A DNA stretch of 64,000 bases, from NCBI RefSeq assembly GCF_009914755.1, contig NC_060931.1. One strand, given 5' to 3'. The notes under the pieces are model-generated. The model had not been told where the DNA came from. It made no database searches and saw nothing but the letters and a program-made list of their open reading frames with translations. The translations under genes were made by a program, and so were the position numbers. Below are positions 59,854-64,000 of this stretch, in pieces. The stretch's first letter is position 1, and each line of letters starts with the position of its first letter. This stretch comes from the human T2T-CHM13v2.0 reference genome, Homo sapiens.

Positions 59854-59898
59854 AAGCAATAAGTGGGATAATTATTGAATACATTTAAAATGCCAGCT

Positions 59899-60192
59899 GG
59901 CCATGCATGGTGGCTCACACCTGTAATCCCAACACTTTGAGAGGTCGAGGTGGGAGGATTGCTTGATCCCAGGAGTTTGAGACTAGCCTGGGCAACATGG
60001 TGAAATCTCGTCTCTACGAAAACTAAAAAAATTAGCTGGGCATGGTGGCACACACCTGCAGTCCCAGCTACTCAAGAGGCTGCGGTGGGAGGATTGCTTG
60101 AGCTGGGAGGTCGTTGTTCTCACCACTGCACTCTGGCCTGGGTGACACAGTGAGATGGTGTCTTAAAATAAAAATAATAAAAATCAATAAAT
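59899..60192 (+). mobile_element. AluJ
   Basis: J diagnostics; TSD aaatgccagct at 59888-59898 and 60194-60204. Confidence 0.92.
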
Positions 60193-60869
60193 GAAATGCC
60201 AGCTGGCTGAAGTTTGTTGGGGCAGGGAGGACAGCTGGGTCCTTCCCTCACAGGTAAAAAACCTGTATAAAACCATTGGGTCTAGGGAGCTTTTGCCTCT
60301 TTGTGATCAGGAAGTATTCGCTTCTTAGAAAGCTAACTAATCTCCCTGCATCGAGCTCTGATCCATCAATTCTCCGTGAAGTCTGGGTATTAAACCAGCC
60401 CCAAAGAAGAACAGAAAAGGGGATTATCCTCTTCCACTAGGACACATGCCTTTTCTGGCATGGGAAGATAAAGCTCTCTGATGATAAATTTCCAAGTACA
60501 TTTTAATGAGAAATGACATGGATTAAGAAAGAGATAGAGAAAATAAGAGATGAAAGGCATTCTATTTGTTGGACATTTTTAGCCACAGTTCTCCTTGTAC
60601 ACCCCTCAAAAAAGAAAGAGAAAAGTAATCAACAGGGAGGAACAAGGGAACACAAAGAGGAGATAAGAATTTTCTTCTACATGTATTCTGCGTTTCTCAG
60701 CCTTCTGTGGTGTTACTATCATCAATGAAAAGGCATTTAAGATCCTTAAGTTAGAAAAATCTTTTCTGCCCAATTCCCCACTTCTTGTTTGGAAACAAGA
60801 ACATGCTCTGCAAGACCTGTAAGCACAGATTTAATTTCCATCATGATGATGATGATAAAATTTTAAAAA

Positions 60870-61100
60870 TGGTGAACATTCATATAGTACTAACTATATG
60901 CCAAGCACTGTTCTAAGTACCGTGCAACTATTAGTTCATTTAATCCTTACAACTCCACTATGACTTCCGTGGTTAGCTAATAATGTGTTACCTCCATTTG
61001 CAGATGAGGAAAATGAGGCCAGAGGGGTTCACTCACTTGCCCACTTCCTCCCTGCTTGGACGTGTGTAAGACTGGTGCCTGGTTTTTGGCTCCAGGCTGG
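60870..61100 (-). mobile_element. MIR SINE
   Basis: tatgccaagcactgttctaag...catttaatccttacaac...catttgcagatgaggaaaatgaggccagag. Confidence 0.8.
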
Positions 61101-61523
61101 CTCCTGGTGGCTCCCCTGCTCTCTCCAGCTTAGCATTTATGAAAGTTATTCCCTGTGTTTTCAGAGTTCTAACCGCTAGTCTTTGAGTGGGTGAATCTGG
61201 CAGCAGCTGTGTTATTACATCAGATCCTGCTTGATGAGCAAACTTCTCCTCCTGGAGGAGCAGGGCTGGAGGGCTGGAGAGGAAGGATCTAGCAAGAGAC
61301 TTTGAGTTCTATAACTCTTTCCCTTAAATATCTAGCCCAGGGGTCTAAATACTGCTTTACAGGCCCTAAAAAGAAGTCATGAGTGTACCTCTTTCCCCAG
61401 CAGGAGACATGGACTTCCGTATAACTAGCCAATCCTCTAACTCCATTGTTATTAATCTCACATGACTTTGTATGCCAATTCAAGGAAAAGAAACTCGGCA
61501 TAATTTTGGACCTCTCTATATCT

Positions 61524-61829
<306 letters not shown>

Positions 61830-61929
61830 GGACTTCTCTATATCTTAAGTTCTAACCCCTGTCCTGTCAAAGCCAGAGAACTGAGACCTGGAAAGAAATG
61901 AATGGGCTTTGCTGTCGTGTAAAGAGCCC

Positions 61930-62130
61930 CCACTTTGGGGTTGGCCGGGTGATGGCTAAAATGCTGTGTGTATAATCCTGGGCAAGTGATTTGACTTCTC
62001 TGTGCCAGGTTTGCACATCTAGATTGTAAAATAGAGCAATCATGTCTATTCAATGTTGTTCTAAGGATGAGATGAGATGCATCTGCCTGGCACCTTGTAA
62101 GTCCTGCACAAATGCAAATTATCACTGTTA
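61930..62130 (+). mobile_element. MIR fragment
   Basis: cctgggcaagtgatttgacttctctgtgcc...tgtaaaatag...gttctaaggatgagatgagat. Confidence 0.6.
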
Positions 62131-63447
62131 AGTAAGCTTCACCATCCTGTAAAACAATCTGTTTGACTCACTTATTCCAAGTAAGATTGGCTGGACCTGT
62201 ACATTCTTCTTTATTTAAAACTATCAATGTTACTGTTCATTTTTAAATAGACAGTGGCTATGATTTTTAGTTTTTTTAGCCTTACAAATGAGAAACCTAG
62301 AACTTCAACAAGCAGTAAAATTGAGCAGGTTAGGTATTCCTCACTAGCAGCATAAACCCAGCAGGGTGAGGTGATTCCTAGGGCCTCCTATAGTCTCCTA
62401 GCAGCCCTGATACCCTTTGTTTACGGGTCCCTGGGGGAAGTTGAGGACTTAAAGTCTCTCTAGTAGGCTTCAGAGCTCCTTATTTGAGCAGAACTGTGAC
62501 ATCTTGGAGAAAGAAGAGAACACCACCAGTCAGAAAAGCCCACAATTGTAGTGGTGTCCCGGTTCTGAATACAAGTTACCTAACGCCTCTGAGCCAATTT
62601 CCTCAACTATGAAATAGAAATAATAGTGCCCGTCTCACAGATACTATAACTACGAAGATCAAATTAGATCGCATATACATGATGAAAGTGTTCTGTAAAA
62701 AGTTGCCATCTGTCTTTGCTTGGATGGACCTGAGTTCCTGAGTTGGCTCTGAAAACAGCTTACCACGAAACAGGATAGGATTAGTGGGACAGCCTTGCTG
62801 ACACAGATCATAACAGGGAGATGTCTCATTTTGACTTGGAAGTTGCACTGATATCATAGAAAATAAAAAAACCAGGTTTAACTGTTGGTTGGTACCTTGT
62901 GAGAAGAGGAAGAAGGTGATAAGAACTAAGATCAGAGCATAGTAGAGAAAGTAGCCCTGTAAACAGAGGAGAAGCAGAAAGAGAGAAGGGAGGACAGAGC
63001 TTTTATTTTGCTCCAGGTTAAAAAGAAAAAAAAAAAGCACATTACAACTCTATGTTCAGGTGTCTGTCCCAGGTCCTAGAACTGGAATAGACCAACCAAG
63101 CCCAACCCTTCTTAAAAGTAAGACTAGGTGCTTCCTGATTATATATTCAACTGCCTGGAAGCATGCAAGTAAAATTTCCTTGATGGCATTTCTAAGTTTC
63201 AAACATATTCTTCCTAAAAATGCATTTACAAAAAATATTAGGATTGTGTTTTTTTGGTTTGGACTTTAAAAAAAAATTGTTTTCAAAACCATAATTGTGG
63301 CCTACCCCAAATGGATTCTCCTCCCTACAGTGAGGATTTCATTTTTCCAGTCCCCCCCCGCCTTTTCATTTTTGATGAACTGCACATGTTGTGGGAGCCA
63401 CTCGTGGGCCCTCAGACACGAGCAATCCTTCTGGCCGCTGCCAGTGT

Positions 63448-63462
63448 CCTAATAAGGGAATG
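63448..63462. promoter_or_regulatory. Candidate CArG box (CCTAATAAGG) overlapping an MCAT/TEAD motif (GGAATG)
   Basis: Perfect CC(A/T)6GG at 63448-63457 and GGAATG at 63457-63462, in non-repeat, CpG-retaining sequence. Confidence 0.4.
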
Positions 63463-64000
63463 AACAAGCGCCTATTGGTGAGGGAAGGGGAGTCAGGCGG
63501 TGGATGATATTTTTGCTGATTAAAGAGGATAAGGTGTGGTTTGGCAGGTATCTCATTGGTTTGGCTGGCTCCAGACCTAGGTTTTTTCTCTTTTTTCAGT
63601 TTGAATTCTGTAGAACAGACTGCTAAGAATTGTTTTTTCACAGATCTCTAACTGAGCTTTAGGAATATCATGCTGACACAGTTTATCTATGTTGAAAAAA
63701 GATAGGAATTTGGGGTTACATGATGTTTTCATTAAAAGAGGTTGAGGATATAGGTTAAAATCTTCTCGGTCACCAGGCGATGAAGGTGATACTGGACTTG
63801 ATCAAATTTAGTCATGGAGAGAACAAGGGATATACCATTGGATATATTTAACACATGTTTAAAAAGTTTTAAACATTTATCTATGCAACAATATTAAGTA
63901 ACACCTACTTTTGCTTGTAAATATTTATATTCTCCAATTTTAAAATAATAAAAGAAACAAAAAGAGCCTGGCACTTAGGATCATAGTGATGAGTTGCTCA

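Overview
Primate (human or great-ape-like) genomic DNA lying inside the caldesmon gene CALD1, on the + strand. Only two short coding exons are present. The first is the ATG-bearing exon of the fibroblast/smooth-muscle-type transcripts (exon 23330-23441, CDS 23371-23441, MDDFERRRELRRQKREEMRLEAE(R)). The second is the alternative HeLa-type first exon (CDS 47240-47292, MLGGSGSHGRRSLAALS(Q)), set in a small CpG-rich promoter. Both end in phase 2 and splice to a shared exon beyond the window. Everything else is intron, dense in interspersed repeats: about 20 Alus, L1PA/L1MC, L2, MIR, MaLR LTRs (MLT1, THE1, MST), ERV1 LTRs (MER4A-like, LTR10-like) and MER/Charlie/Tigger DNA-transposon fossils. Almost all ORFs in the supplied track are spurious or repeat-derived. 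I found no evidence of a new gene or a new biological system. The most notable observations are a UGCAUG/UG array next to a consensus GTAAGT donor (candidate cryptic exon), a CU-tract-flanked candidate poison exon, an old ~120-bp direct duplication with microsatellite expansion, an LTR10 VNTR, a tail-to-tail inverted Alu pair 31 bp apart, a chimeric Alu, and an overlapping CArG/MCAT motif. Repeat subfamily names come from recalled consensus sequences, and old-repeat boundaries are approximate.
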